From Tubiluchus corallicola (taxonomy: Eukaryota; Animalia; Priapulida): a stretch of 64,000 nucleotides of DNA. This document shows positions 1 through 13,913 of the stretch, one piece after another (position 1 is the first letter of the stretch; the number at the start of each line of letters is the position of its first letter). The stretch covers positions 127,537-191,536 of the forward strand of contig JAQGDQ010000157.1 in NCBI GenBank assembly GCA_030141605.1. Reading direction: 5' to 3'. The notes beneath the pieces are model-generated. The model saw only the letters and a program-made list of their open reading frames with translations. It was not told the origin of the DNA and did no database searches. A program made the translations under genes and the position numbers.

Positions 1-29
1 TGTGAAGCTGTCTGGTTTGATAAAAGAAG
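1..29 (+). CDS. JOSD1: Josephin-domain deubiquitinase (JOSD1/2-like), penultimate exon, truncated by window edge
   Basis: Translates CEAVWFDKR-R (cf. JOSD 'EAVWWDKRR'), followed by donor AG|GTAAGT at 30. Phase 2 matches the acceptor at 27291. Confidence 0.88.
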
Positions 30-597
30 GTAAGTAGTGTCTGTAGCATTGGTATCTGCATCTACTAAAATTGTTATTGAACAACATGTGTTTGTGTACT
101 TTAATGGCAAGATATTTTCTTGTACGTCTTTGTTTAGGATTAGTATTAAGTCCATGGAAAAATGGTACCACGTGCGGATAGACTAGTCGTTATGAACTTT
201 AGGTTGGTAAGGGAATCAGTACTGAACTGTAGCATCGGGCTGGCGCTAAAGAACTTGACAAACATAAACGTTTTTAACCTGGTTTACAGGTTTTAGGAAA
301 TTTTTATAGATTTACAAAAGTTATATCTTCCGACTTTATGCGGAGTTGGGTTGTCTGCTCTGCGATAAAATTGTGTTTGTGCCGACACGGTTGTACATTT
401 TCTATCTGGCTGTGATGCCCTGAAACCACTAACACAGCAGACGAATGGTCGTGAAACAGAAAGCTGAGCCACAGGTAAAAAGTGTACAGTGCCAGCAAAA
501 GGTAGTTTTTAAAACGACCAAAATTCAACTATTGGTTTGGCTGCCGATTAAACTAGTTACTAGACCTCCAAGTATGTGTAAATGTAAAATTTGTAAA

Positions 598-966
<369 letters not shown>

Positions 967-1974
967 AAGTAAAGACAACTTCATGAATATGTGGACGTTT
1001 CTGTCTCACAAACTTAAAGCTTAAACAACGTTATGCTTATACGAATAACAAGTTCAAATTTCTCTATTCATTAGTAAGCAATGTCAACAAAGACGCGTTA
1101 ACTGCAACATTCGTCTAGCGGTGCCCCTGGAATAGCTGAAATATCATTAACTGATCTCTTTATTGCGCACGTCCCACAATTACTGTCAGATCTCATTGAA
1201 AAATCTCTTTATTGCAGCATGCTGCACCAACTAAACGATTGATCTACTAAGCGCTAACGGTTAAACTTCGATATAAAACATCTGATAGCTGTTAATAGAC
1301 GGTTGAATGAGACTCTTTAATCTTCTAAATTATACTTCCCATTGAAGCCAACACGCAACGGAGCGTGAAGCCATACAAAGCGGCTGGGTTTCAAACATGA
1401 CGTAATCTATCTTGTATTCACAACTATCACAAGCGCTGAATGACCTCTATCAGCTCTCATTTCCGTAACCCTTTCATACCGGAATTGAGATCAGTCAGGA
1501 GGCGAGCTATACTCATATTTATATTCATGTATGCTTGAAGTGGTAGGACATTGGCGCCTAATTTTAGGATATGATTCCCTTTTGTTTAGCAAATTTCTCA
1601 CCCTGCGGTGGCTCACCCTGTTGCAAAACTTTCGAACTACTTCTGTGGGTACAAAATGATTGTTTGAGTTGCATCGGGAGAGCAACAGTACAATCATGAA
1701 CACCAGAGCAAAAATACTCAGTGTAATATACAAAAACTCGGCGAATTTCAAGTTTACCGCTAACAAAAAAAGGACAAAGACACTTATTTACAGTCGCTGG
1801 GACAACAGACAACATGAGCCATAGGCTACTATAAGCGACTCTTAATGAATACAACAACAAGGCCACAAATAAATAACACAGATAACATTGTGAGATATTC
1901 GAACTCGGGCTGCAAGCAGAGAAGCACCCACAGTCCATTACCTTAACCACTCAGCCACCCGTACTGACGCTATA

Positions 1975-2262
1975 CTCACGCTGAACTCCCGAATGTGTGC
2001 ACTATCTCATAACCGAACACCTCTGAACTGAGAGGTACAACGCCTATTTTTGCGCAATACGTTTCCCAGATGGAGGCGCTAGTGCCCATCTAACTAAGGA
2101 ATTGGTAAGTGCATGTAATTAGCCGCGCGAACGCGAAATTGCATTTCTGTGGTAATAATGCTTTCACATAAGTCATTCTTGAAAAACCATTATGTTCCCT
2201 TTCAATATTTTATATAAGTAGTTTGTTTTGAGTTATAGTTTAAGATTGGGTACATTTTTCTT
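1975..2262 (+). mobile_element. Dispersed repeat family B copy (non-autonomous DNA element)
   Basis: Aligns by eye with 6190-6585, 31085-31465 and 45560-45784 (..gcgaacgcgaaattgc..taagtcattcttgaaaaa..). A 5' piece lies at ~1720-1762. Confidence 0.75.
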
Positions 2263-3182
2263 TTCACCTCAGCTGCACAATAGTATTTGAAATTTTGAAT
2301 GGCTGTTTTAGGTTAAGATTACTATTGGAATTCTTGTAAAAAACAGCTGCAGTACGTTCAGAAGCTTTACTCACTGCAATAATCGTCGCATCCGTTTCGT
2401 TTCCTGCATTTCCTGTCATTTTATTGTCAAACGCTGTTTCAAATTTATGCGTTACATCCCCTGAGATTGCCATAGTTAATCATGCCAAAAATCTAGAATA
2501 CGCTGAACGGAATCATTTCTTTATCCAGCTTTATGCTTACCGATATTTTACGCTGATAAAATTACATCGGGCGAAATGGGAAGGGAAAATTCGTTTAGGT
2601 AATGCGATATTTGTCTGAAAGAATTGATTATAGATGTACAAGATAAGATGGTAAGCCAAGCAGGATCACGTGAAACGATGTAATAGGTCTAATTAATTTT
2701 CCTTCGTTCCTCTTATCTGTGCAATTCTTTACCAAAAATTTTCCCATTGTTAACTACAACCTTGGCTGCTTTAACTAACACCTATTATTAGTATCGTTCA
2801 TGTATTATGTTTTTGAGTGAGTTAAAGGAACCGAAGGAAGTACATCAACAGAAACGCAGTCTGTACCTAAAGTTCGTACATTTATATGATAAAAATGCTG
2901 GTAATTTTTGTTACTAATGTTTGTACATTTTATATGGGAGAAAAACGTACATGTGGTACCTGCGCATGCGCGCGAGTAACCCAATGCTTCGCATTCTGGA
3001 CTCGTTCTCTTTACTTTCTTAAGTACAACTGATATTCAACAGGAACCTCGTGTATAGCAGCTCACGTCACAGGAAAATACTTAACTTGCGTCCATTTGTT
3101 GAACATATGATAAACATTTGTCGAACATTTGGTTTATGAACACACTTCTCACCCATGTACATGTATATTTGACGTTTTGCTC

Positions 3183-3557
3183 AATAAGCCTTTTCACAGT
3201 TTCGTTGTGGACACAGCAAGTGTACCACAGCAACGCGTCTTAATTACAGCCGTCAAGTGATATCTGGGGGTGAAGCAAAGCCGTCTGCCGCATCAATTCA
3301 GTAATTTCAGTTGTTTTACGTGGGCTTTACTTAATTTTGCATTAGTCTGTACATAAAGTGGTTTACTAGCAGGATCTTGCTTAGGAATAAGAAAAAATGA
3401 ACTAGGTAAGGTTATAGCTAGCTGTTAAAGATGTTACAATTACAGTAGCATGCGCTGAGAGGCGTTGGCAAGTGTACACAATTGCTTTGTCTGGTACACT
3501 TAATTTTTGACCTTTTCACGATCATCATCAATCGCTGGACCTGTGAAAAGGCTTATT
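3183..3557 (+). mobile_element. MITE family A, full-length copy
   Basis: Termini AATAAGCCTTTTCACAG ... CTGTGAAAAGGCTTATT; ~12 copies in window. Confidence 0.9.
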
Positions 3558-4099
3558 AAAGTACTCAATCGCCCATAATTTCTTGTGACGTGTTACAGTT
3601 TTGTATCTGAAAATATTACTTTTACGTTTACTCAACTACAAATTTTCTGTGCACATTTACCATTAAAATTTCCATGTCTCTAGAAACCTCTCCTCAGCTT
3701 AGCGAATTCTACATGATATACGGCGCCGCAACCGCACATTCACGGCAACTTTCTCATCCCGAAATTTACATTTCACGTTGAACTGATCCGCAGCGGACCG
3801 GGGGACGTGCTTCTAATGCTCAATACGTCTTAGCCTTGTTAAACGCTGGCTGCTTTATTGCCCTTTTTGTTCTCTAGACAGTCGTAGCGATTTTAATTAA
3901 CTAGAAACGTTTATTTAACTGTCGTTTTCTGACACACATCCTGGGAATTATCTGAGATCGCCATCCGGTCACGTCTTGCTTTTATGATCAATTACTAGTT
4001 GATGCTGTAGCTGAGGAAACAATAAATGCAAACTGGTCACGTTTTAGAAGAAAAAGTTCTTTAATGCATACTGTCATTGGGATTGTTGTCGTCGTGGGC

Positions 4100-4300
4100 G
4101 CCTTTGTCGTTGGTTGTTGTTGTTGTTGATGTTTATGTTGTTGTTGTTGTTATTGTTGTTGTTGTTGTTGTTCTTCTTCTTCTTCTTCTTCTTCTTCTTG
4201 TTGCTATTGCTGTTGCTGCTGTTGTCATAGTAACGGTCCCCGTTGCACAAACTGCGATAATGTCTTTTCTTCTGCCGTTGTTGCCGTTGCTTTGTTGTTG
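4100..4300. repeat. (GTT)n/(CTT)n microsatellite
   Basis: Directly visible. Confidence 0.9.
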
Positions 4301-6189
4301 TCACAGTCACCATGATGTCCTTTTGAGATAGAAATTAATATTGTTTTCTCTGCAGTCACAGTCACGCTGCAGCTGTGTTCTCGCTGTAGGTTGTTACTAT
4401 CGCCATGGTTACTGTGGTCGTCTTATCATGACCGTTCTCCTCGTGATCGTCTACTTACTACGACCTTTACCGAAGTAGCCTTCAATGCATGCTTCTACTC
4501 TAAACATTTCTAAAGAAAACTAAACTTTAAATGAACAATGGTGACGATAATATGAATCACGTTGTTTTTGACTACAATTGATGATTATTGCTATTGAGGC
4601 CTTCTTCTTGTTGGTTGTTATTGCTATTGTTGTTGGTTATTTGTTGATGATGCTGTCGCTGATGTTAATGATAATGACGACAGTAACGGCAATCATAATG
4701 CCGTGAAAATGATGACTGCAGTGATGATGGCTATAATACGACAACGAAAATAATGATGATGACGATGGTGTTGGTGATTACGCGGATAAAAAGATGATTA
4801 TGCGACAATGTGATGCTGAACATTGATCAAGTACCACGTCCTATGAAGAGCTCAGAGCAACTGTCCATTATAATAATCTCAATGTAGTTATTCATTTCCA
4901 GAACTGCCGCCAGGTTAAACAGCAACTTATTGATTGACGGCATTTATTTACCATGACGCTTAAATTGCCTTTTTGTGTGTTGGATGTAATTGGCCAATCT
5001 GGGCATTAGAAGTAAACAACACGTAGGTGCCTATATTTATCCTAGTAAGTTCTTGGTGTCCTCTGCCTTTTAGAGACTGATATGCCATCTCCTAGTCCAT
5101 GGGTTAAATTTCAACAACAGTGGTGGAAAGTGGTGGAAAATAGGAATAACCATAAAATTTAAGTACAACAGAACAATATCGTGAAGCCATTACTCCCATG
5201 AGCCTTTACGTGAACAACGTTTTAGCTCTAGCTGATAATCCTGTGGACGCATACAAGGCGAACGATTTAGAACGTGTCTGCTCATCTGGAAGAAGCCGCT
5301 TGGTAACTTATAGAACTGAATCCTTCACTTAAGTCTCCTCCGTTGTATTCAAATGCTACTCTGGATTCTCTTATCCGCTCAAGACTCATAGACTTCTTGT
5401 GGAAATTGACTGATGAGGCAGAGATCACGACATACGCGCGCTAGGTGCTGATGGCGCAGTTCAAGGTGAAGGGCATGTGGCATGTGCCATGTCATTGGGA
5501 AAAAATTGCATTTGTCAAAAACAAGACGGTTTTAAGGATATTAACAATGAACCTTTATTAATTATATCTCATTCACCAGTATACTAAGCTAGTAAACAAT
5601 TTAAAGTCTGATTGTTTCAAGTTATTATAATTATTATGTGATCAATTTGAATATTGTTCGTGTTAGACTAATTTCTTCTTTGTTAAGTTCTTACCCTGCA
5701 TGTTTGTAATTATTAGTCAGTAAATCTAAATCTTATCCTGTAATACCTGGATATTTCCTAAACGATTGATATTTCATTTCTAATCATACCTCAGTATAAG
5801 GATTTAAACAGTTTTTGTATTTAAGGAAAATTTCAGACCACTAAGTGTCATTTGTGTCCTTGATATGAAATTTTATGTCTTTAAGACCAAAATCTAAACT
5901 AAAAATTATACCAAGCTAAAATGCTAACACTGGACACGAAAGGTTTCATGAACACAGTCTTCTAAGAACAACTTACAACTTGGTTTAAAACCACGTTGAT
6001 TTTTCATATACTACCCCATTTTGAAATTTAAGACAGGTTGATTTTTCATATACCACCCCATTTTCAAGTATGGTAAAAAGTATACATTTTAACACAATTA
6101 ATACTACAAAAGCGTTTCTGATGCTTAAATAATGGATTCAAATCTTAATTAACGGCGGGCGAACCCAACTATTGATGGCATGGGTAGAT

Positions 6190-6585
6190 TGAAGTACAGT
6201 GCTACAGTAAGATATTCAGCGTGTTGTACTGAAACTAGGCAAGTTTTAAGATAAAAATTTAAATTTCAAATTTACCGCTGTGCTCACGCATGAGCTGTCG
6301 GACGTGTGTAGTTCGTCACAAACTAACTCATCTGAACTGAGAGGTACAGCATGTGATTTTTGTGCAACGAGTTTCCGAAATGCAGGCGCTAGTACCCGTC
6401 TAACTAGGGAAAGATGAAATGCATGTAACAGCGAAGAACTAGTGGCGCGAACGCGAAATTGCGTTTGTGTGGTGATAATTCTTTCACGTAAGTCATTTTT
6501 GAAAAAATAGTATGCTTCCTTTCAATATTTTAAGGAGTATATTGTTTTGACCTACAGTTTAAGATTGGGTTCGGTTTTGTTTAAG
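6190..6585 (+). mobile_element. Dispersed repeat family B copy
   Basis: Strong similarity to 31085-31465. Confidence 0.8.
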
Positions 6586-7060
6586 CTTGCAGCCGTCTTG
6601 CCTTTGTTAACTAAGCTTTGAATCGATTAAATTTCCCATGCCTTTGCCAGCCCAATTTTTAAAAACTAGCCATCCGAGCCGTTAGGTTACCTGAACCCAA
6701 AGAACTTTCTTTACGTATGGATGCGCCTTCTAATTACTAATTTTACTTTCACCTTGATTTCATTCAGCGGCTTAGATCCGCCTCGTCTTTGTTAACACAG
6801 CTTCTTAGAATTGGCTTCAGGCGTTGGCAGTTCATTTGCACGGTTAAATAGTTCAGATGATTACGACTCCCACACTGTCATGAGCTGTAGATAATGTTAT
6901 AGGTGACGGTTCTTGAATTATAATTGCCTGACTGTCAGGGTCACCCGGGCCACAAATTATTGTGATTTTTTTCATTTTTTGAAGTTTTCAATCATCATAT
7001 CTGTGTTCATTTACTTTTTGTAGGACTTCTGATTGCTTTCTTACAGACGCCTTTTTCTAA

Positions 7061-7606
7061 TTAAAGGAAAGAACAAGTCACTTAGTATGTTGGCTTTATT
7101 TTACTGTTATCACTTAAACTTGGAAAAATATGACAAAGAAATTTGCAAAGAACTGCCTATAAAGCATAAATTTAAAATGTACTATCGCTGAATAGGAATT
7201 TTCAGGCGTGGTGGTTGCCGACCATTCGCTTGAAAATTATGACGTAGATGGGAGACCATAGTGACTTTCCGTAAGGGTGCGCTGCTTAAATTCATTAAAA
7301 CTTCTCCAGCTTACCTAATATTCACGTAAAAATATTACAAAATTAGCTGTCTAATTTTTTGTAAAAACTTATTATACTTTTAACGAAGACTGACAGTGCG
7401 CTACTTTTCTTCAGGACGAATGACGTCACTGGAAGAAGAATTGGCATTGAAAATGGGAGTGCATAAGCATGAAGTGATCGCGACTTTAAAGTGATTTTAT
7501 TATTTAAACGAGACGCTTGTTGCGCTTTTATTACTAAATCCTTCTAACATTTTCATCGAACATTGAAATAAGCCTGACTTTCCAGAAGGCTTGCCCTTTC
7601 CTTTAG
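7061..7606. mobile_element. TTAA-flanked non-autonomous DNA transposon (family C, Kolobok-like)
   Basis: TTAA-AGGAAAG..CAAGTC left end and ..CTTGCCCTTTCCT-TTAG right end. Second copy at 13540-13913. Confidence 0.75.
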
Positions 7607-7644
7607 AGACACTGAGGTACTATCCCTTGAAACAAGGCCTAGCA

Positions 7645-8135
7645 TATGTAACTAGTATCTTCATGTGCAGTAATGAAATGTGGAAATTAATGACTGCAAC
7701 ATAGGAAGCAAAAATAAATGTATTTCAGTCAGAAAAGCCTACTCAGAAAAATATTAAAAATAAAATAGCCATCTATCATTTCAAATGAGCAGCTGTATAA
7801 CAGAACCAAAGAGGAACATTGGAGCATTAAAATCAGAATCAGAAGACTAAGATGGGTAGGGCATTTAATGAGATTGCCAGAAACAACACCAGTAAGATTA
7901 CTATTAAACGAGGAACTGAAACCTACTAAACGACCTTGAAGCAAATCAAAAACAACCTGGATATCAACAATTAATAAAGATTTACAACAGCTTAGACCAG
8001 ACATAACAATAGCATCACAGGAGCTGAAAATCTCAGCTGCAGACAGGAAACAGTGGGGTGCTGTAATAAAGGATAGAAGCTCGATGTCTACAATAGACCA
8101 ACAGGAGAAGCAACAGGAGAAGAAGAAGAAGAAGA
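7645..8135 (+). mobile_element. Degenerate RTE-clade LINE 3' end
   Basis: Translates (with stops) ..LLRKILKIK*..ISNEQLY..IRIRRLRWVGHLMRLPETTP..TTWISTINKDL..AADRKQW, ending in a (GAA)n tail. Confidence 0.85.
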
Positions 8136-9804
8136 TGCACAATGGTGGCTTCTCGCTTTTTAGTGAAATAATTATGTGTTGATTGTTCGTCATGTCATCG
8201 TTGTTGAAAGGCGAGTAATTGGGTGTAAAATTAATGCATTTTCAGATAAATAGAGAAAGCATTAGTCTTTTGGGGGTGGTGATAGCTCAGTGGTGTCGCA
8301 CAGAAAAAGCTGTAAGGAGCAAGCCATGATCCATAATCAGTAAACCATAAGCCGTCTTCCATCTTCCTTAAGACGGTATGCGCCAACTGCAGCTTGCCTA
8401 CCGTAAGCCGTCAGCAATTAATTGAGCCCTTTTTAAAGAGATAATTCAGCATACTTCTACTCCTGTTCTGTAGTAACTTTTCACGGTAAATTAATTTCAC
8501 TTAATCGTTGGAGGCACCTCAGCTGGCGGAGGCTCCTGGGAAGCAGCCTATAAAGCCCATGCCTTAATCCGGGATTGGAAATGTGGAAAATATCTAATGT
8601 GAAAGCGTGGAAAGGTGGAAAATGTGACTCAATTGCTATTGTTGTTGTTAGCACGTGCTGTCGAGAACAAGACTAAATTCTGCACAGTGCTTTCGGCACC
8701 ATGACGAGAACTTGAATTTCATTTTTGATTCGTTTGCTTGTTTTCTGCTCAGTTAAGATGGGAGAGGCGTTATATCAAACTAAATGTACATAAAAGGTCG
8801 TTCTCGAAATGTTTATAAATAATACCTGTTGTCCAATTTGGTGATGCCTGTATATAGTGAATGAACAATAACTAAAACGTCATGATGTACTTATTTAAGT
8901 TCAACAATATACATTTCATAATAACAATTCTGTACGTGAAATAAAACAAAGTAAAGTAAAGTAAAGATATTAGTAGACGTCACAGCAATAACAGTTTACA
9001 ATTTCTGTATATCATTTTGGGAAAACTTATATTCCCTATAATGCGGACAAACTATACCCCATTCGTACAGTGCACTCATTTGGGGAAAAACCTGTACCGT
9101 CACTCTATGGCAGATGAAGTTTTTCAAATTCTTAATTTTTGCCTCTATAGGTACTTCCTACAGTTATTTACATAAGACAAATAGTAATATGCTACTTCGG
9201 AAATGTATTTCCAACACGTGCAGCGGTGCAGGTACCGTGTTGCAACACAGTATTTGAAGTGTTTACGGGTGACATAATAAGAGTCTATTTTTATGGTTAA
9301 AGTGATGCCTGGTCTAGCCAAAGCTTTCACAAAAGTTTCTCAGATTCTTGTTGTTCAAATTCGTTTTGCTCGCGTTTGTATTTTATGATTTCCCCTATAT
9401 CGATCATTGACTGTTCTCAGCTGTATACGTGTTTCATTTGATGCTCCTCTATGAGTTTCGTAAACAATTAAAGCCAGTCCCAGCATTAGAAACCTGATCA
9501 CGTGCAAAACGCTGAGAGATCTGGATCGCTTTCTCAGCTATAAAAGTACAGCAGACGCATTTCATACGTATAATTAGAAGACGCAGTGATATGAGCGCGC
9601 TGCAGGTGTCACAGGGCCTTAAGAAATCAATCAATAAATCAATTTATTTCACTTCAGAATTGCTAATAATGTGCAGAAGATTTTTCCAATGTTGGGTAGA
9701 AAGATTCAGATTATTTACGCATATTTTTTATTTACTTGCTGTCGATTTTTTGTGAAGATTTCTTTACCTATCTTTACTTACTATAGATTCTTTGCAGATG
9801 TAAG

Positions 9805-10809
9805 CAGGGCCGGCTCTAGATAGTTTGGAGCCCTAGGCAAAAGTATTTTTACACCCCCTCCTGAACGGTCACACAGTCTCCACGCTGCCCCTAAAAATAT
9901 GTCTTTGTTGTACATAATAAAATATAACGGTACGTGCGTGTTAGTAACCTATTTACAGCTTGTGTCGATTGAATTTGAAATTAAACTTTCACCAGGTTTT
10001 TCACCAGCAACCAAAATTTCAACAATTTCTGTTGCACACTCTTTAAATCATACTTTTTGCTAGTATTTCCTTCAACGTTTTCACCACAAGATTTTTTATA
10101 ACTGCAACTAGTATTTTCCACGTACACGCATTTCACTAGTTTCATTTCATTATCTTTACTATCACAACTGTGGTCTGGTCATAAACTTACCTTTCGTTTC
10201 GCTTCTAAAGACTTCGATTCTTGTAGGTTTATCAGCCATAATTAGATAAATGTTATTGCAAGAAACTTTTTCTTATTGTCTTATTATCGGAAGAGGTCGT
10301 AAATTGGCTCTGTTACTCTGACTCTGATGCATACAATATAAACTGTAAACAAAAGCACGGTAACCCATCAGTAATATCTGCAAGAAATGATAAGAAGCCA
10401 GGTAACGCAAAAGTAGAAAGTGTTTTGCTCCGAGACCGAAAGACACCGCCGAGTTAGCGTCGATTAATCATACATTTTGATAGAAGCAGCAAAATTAGTT
10501 CGTTTCGTTTAATTAAAGTGCCGTACGCTTACGAATTACACATACATTATAGTGTACTGAATTAAAAGTAAAATTAAGTTAAATTAATTACAATGTGTTA
10601 TTAGTTATGATATATTTAAAAATTAAAAAATTACTTGCAGAATTTGGCCCAGTTTGCCTAGTGGTAGAGCCGGCACTGGTTTTGTTGCGGGAATTTTGAG
10701 GCTCTGCAGTTTTTTGAGCAAAACAGCTCATGTACATTTTTATATACGCGCCCTCAAGATATGCGCCCTTGGCAACTGCCTAGTTTGCCTAGTGGTAGAC
10801 CCGGCCCTG
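9805..10809. mobile_element. hAT-like non-autonomous element
   Basis: TIR CAGGGCCGGCTCTA / TAGACCCGGCCCTG. Degenerate 8-bp flanks gatgtaag/gctataac. Right end partly duplicated at ~10650-10678. Confidence 0.75.
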
Positions 10810-11090
10810 GCTATAACTCCCTAAGCAGTTGTCGTTAATTAGTCCCTTCACACAATATATTTTTACTATAATAAGCACTTGCAAATGAAGTGATCAATGG
10901 CGGCTTTAATGATGGATTGAACACAGTAATCACAAGCTGAGAAGTGGCGGAGGTAGTTCATTACGTGGTAATTTAGATTATAAATTGGCTAATGATTTCG
11001 TTAGCACTGCAACGCGAAACACGAGCTCAGTAAGGTAATTAATGTCAGTGTTGAAATGGGTAGATTTATCGCGCTCACTTACGTCAATGT

Positions 11091-11272
<182 letters not shown>

Positions 11273-11649
11273 TGAGCTGAGCTTACAGAATTTTACAGCA
11301 TTGTAACACTTCATTATTGTACTTGCAAAAATTAGTGTTGCGTTCTTCTTATTCACAAGCTTTTGAAATATTAAAACAGGTCTCAAATACAAATTTTGAT
11401 CTATGTATAAGTCCTAATTTAGAAATTTTGTCCACTGAATTTTTGCGCATGTGGATGGACCAGGAATGATCAAATTTGATCTCGACTTAGAACTGCCATC
11501 AGCAGTAATTTTGCTCTCAATTTTGAAACTGCCGTCTAATGTTTTTACTTTTAAAGGTCGTTTTATAACTCGTTGTTTTAAAGGTATTCTGATTTCTGCC
11601 TACGTCAAGGTCCATTTTTACATGCATTCCTAGATGAGAAGCTGAAATT

Positions 11650-12023
11650 TTTGGCAGCTCCAGCGATTGATGATGATCGTGAAAAGGGCAAACGTTAAGT
11701 GTACCAGACAACGCATTTATGTACACTTGACAATACCTCGCAGCTCATGCTATTGTAATAGTAACAGTTTCAACAGCTAGCTAGAATATTACCTTTCATT
11801 TTTTTCTTGTTCCTAAACAAGATCCTGCTAGTAAATCAATCTACACACAGACTAATGTATAATTAAGCAAAATAACTAAAGTTACTGAATTGATGAGGCA
11901 GGCGGCTTTGTTTTACCCAAATGTCACGTGACAGTTGAAATTAAGACGCGTTGCTGTAGTACACTTAACCTTTGACCTACCGCAACTGCACGTGAACACA
12001 ATGAAACTGTGAAAAGGCTTATT
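11650..12023 (-). mobile_element. MITE family A copy (one end degraded)
   Basis: Reverse-orientation match ending CTGTGAAAAGGCTTATT. Confidence 0.85.
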
Positions 12024-12649
12024 TCCATTGCATGCGGTTTCCCTTTGAAACTGAACAATGAACACGTTCTCTTGGAAAGAACTCAGAATTCGATTTCTGA
12101 ATATTTGTTTGTGGATTTGACGGGTCAAATTAATTCTTCAACTCTAAGCTGAGATTTGACTGTTCAAGGGAATATTTAATCACCTTGCTAAAACATATCG
12201 TGTGACCTCTGACCTCGGGCACTGCTTCTTAATTAATAACATTAGAATCGGCAAAACGTTATCTGCTGTAGTAATTGAATAACATTGGGAATTTAAGGCG
12301 AGAGGTCGGTTTTTGGGTTAAACGCAAAGTAATTTACAACATAAAATCTTGTCACCCACCCAGGAATACTGACTGCTTGTCCGTGTTTTACCTTTCATAA
12401 TTTATGGAAGCTTTTTCTTTCCATTCCTTGCAAGAGTTCTGTCCATGAGCAGCGATTTGTGTCCGCGTATCAAGGAGGAACGTGTTTCGGACATTTTGGA
12501 GCTTAATACTGTTGTTTAAAGTTCTCTAAACTGTACAACAAAATCAAATGCAGTTACCAGCATTTAGTTAGTCAACTGAAAGTTGAATATGTTTTCAGAT
12601 CACAGTTTTGGTATAAAAATGAATATTATAAAAACAGAAAAAGGTGTGA

Positions 12650-12890
12650 ATAATGGTAATGGAAGTAATGATGATTGTGACTGTGAGGACAGTAATGATG
12701 TTGATGATGATGTCGAGGATGGTGATGATGACGACGACGACGACGATAATGAGGTGGCAATGGCGATGTTGATGATGATCACGATGATAATGATGATGAT
12801 AGTTGTAGTGCTGATGGTGGTATTGTGGTGATTGCGTTGGTGGTGACTTTGGTGAGTTGGTGTGGCGATGATGACTACGATGATTAAATG
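12650..12890. repeat. Degenerate (GAT)n low-complexity tract
   Basis: Directly visible. Confidence 0.85.
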
Positions 12891-13539
12891 AAGGTATTTT
12901 ACACACAACAAACCATCTATTACAGTATGGCCTATTGGATTACATAATTATTCACTCATTTATTGTTAAAATAATTAATCATATTCTGTCCTCTTGGGAC
13001 AAGTCTTAGTGCAAAGTTTCCTCACGAAGGTGAGATCAATGTTAACTTTGCCATTGTGTGCGCAATTTCATGTTTCGCGCATTTCCCTGCCGTTAATCAT
13101 CGCTAAAACAACACGGCAACACAACAGCTATAATCTCCCAAGAGACACAACAGCTTCACGCGGGATGGTAACGGATTGTTTCATTCTGAAGCCACTCGAT
13201 CCCCAGCGTCCTTGGATACAAAGAACATGTATATTCTGCACACTTTTCATTTAGATTAGTATTGAGGAATCAAATAGACTCTGGCAGCCAGCAGTGTCTA
13301 TGTGTCTATTGTGCACAGAGGTCCTATGTGTATTTTGCTAATGAATAAAGCCATCAAATATATGTGCCTTCAAAGAATAGCCCATGAATTGCTAAAAGAC
13401 TGAATATTTTGTGCAGGGGAAACATGTCTGCGTGTCTTAAATAATGGATGAGTTTCATTTCTTTAGCTACTGTTCTGAAGTGGGTAAATCTGCTCAGTTA
13501 CTCCATGATATGCTTTGCCTTTATAGTAACAATGATGAT

Positions 13540-13913
13540 TTAAACGAAAGAATAAGTGACTCAGTATGTTGGGTTTATTTTACTACTATCACTTCAACGT
13601 AGAAAAATATAACAAAGAAAATTGCAAAAAACTCTCTATTAGCACAAAAGTATTACAAAATTAGCTAATTTTTTTGTAAAAACTTATTATACATTTGACG
13701 AAGATTGACAATGCACTACTTTTTGTCAAGACAAATGAATTGGAAGAAGAATGGGCATTGAAAATTGGAGCGCCCAAGAAGTCATTGCGTCTTTAAAGTG
13801 ATTTTACTAATTACACGAGGTGCATATCGCAGTTTTATTACTAAATCCTTCTAACATTTTTCGCAAACATTGAAATAAGCTTAACTTTCCAGAAGACTTG
13901 ACCTTTCCTTTAA
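13540..13913. mobile_element. Family C (Kolobok-like) internally deleted copy
   Basis: TTAA at both ends; ends GACTTGACCTTTCCT-TTAA; matches 7061-7606. Confidence 0.78.

Noticed and set aside
279-419. Minus-strand internal exon (tttcag|...cag|gt) of the hypothesised antisense gene
   Set aside because: Both frames I checked reach a stop before the donor, and there is no recognisable homology.
1491-1950. 91- and 128-aa minus-strand ORFs with hydrophobic stretches
   Set aside because: Non-ATG starts, partly overlap a family B repeat fragment, and show no recognisable domain.
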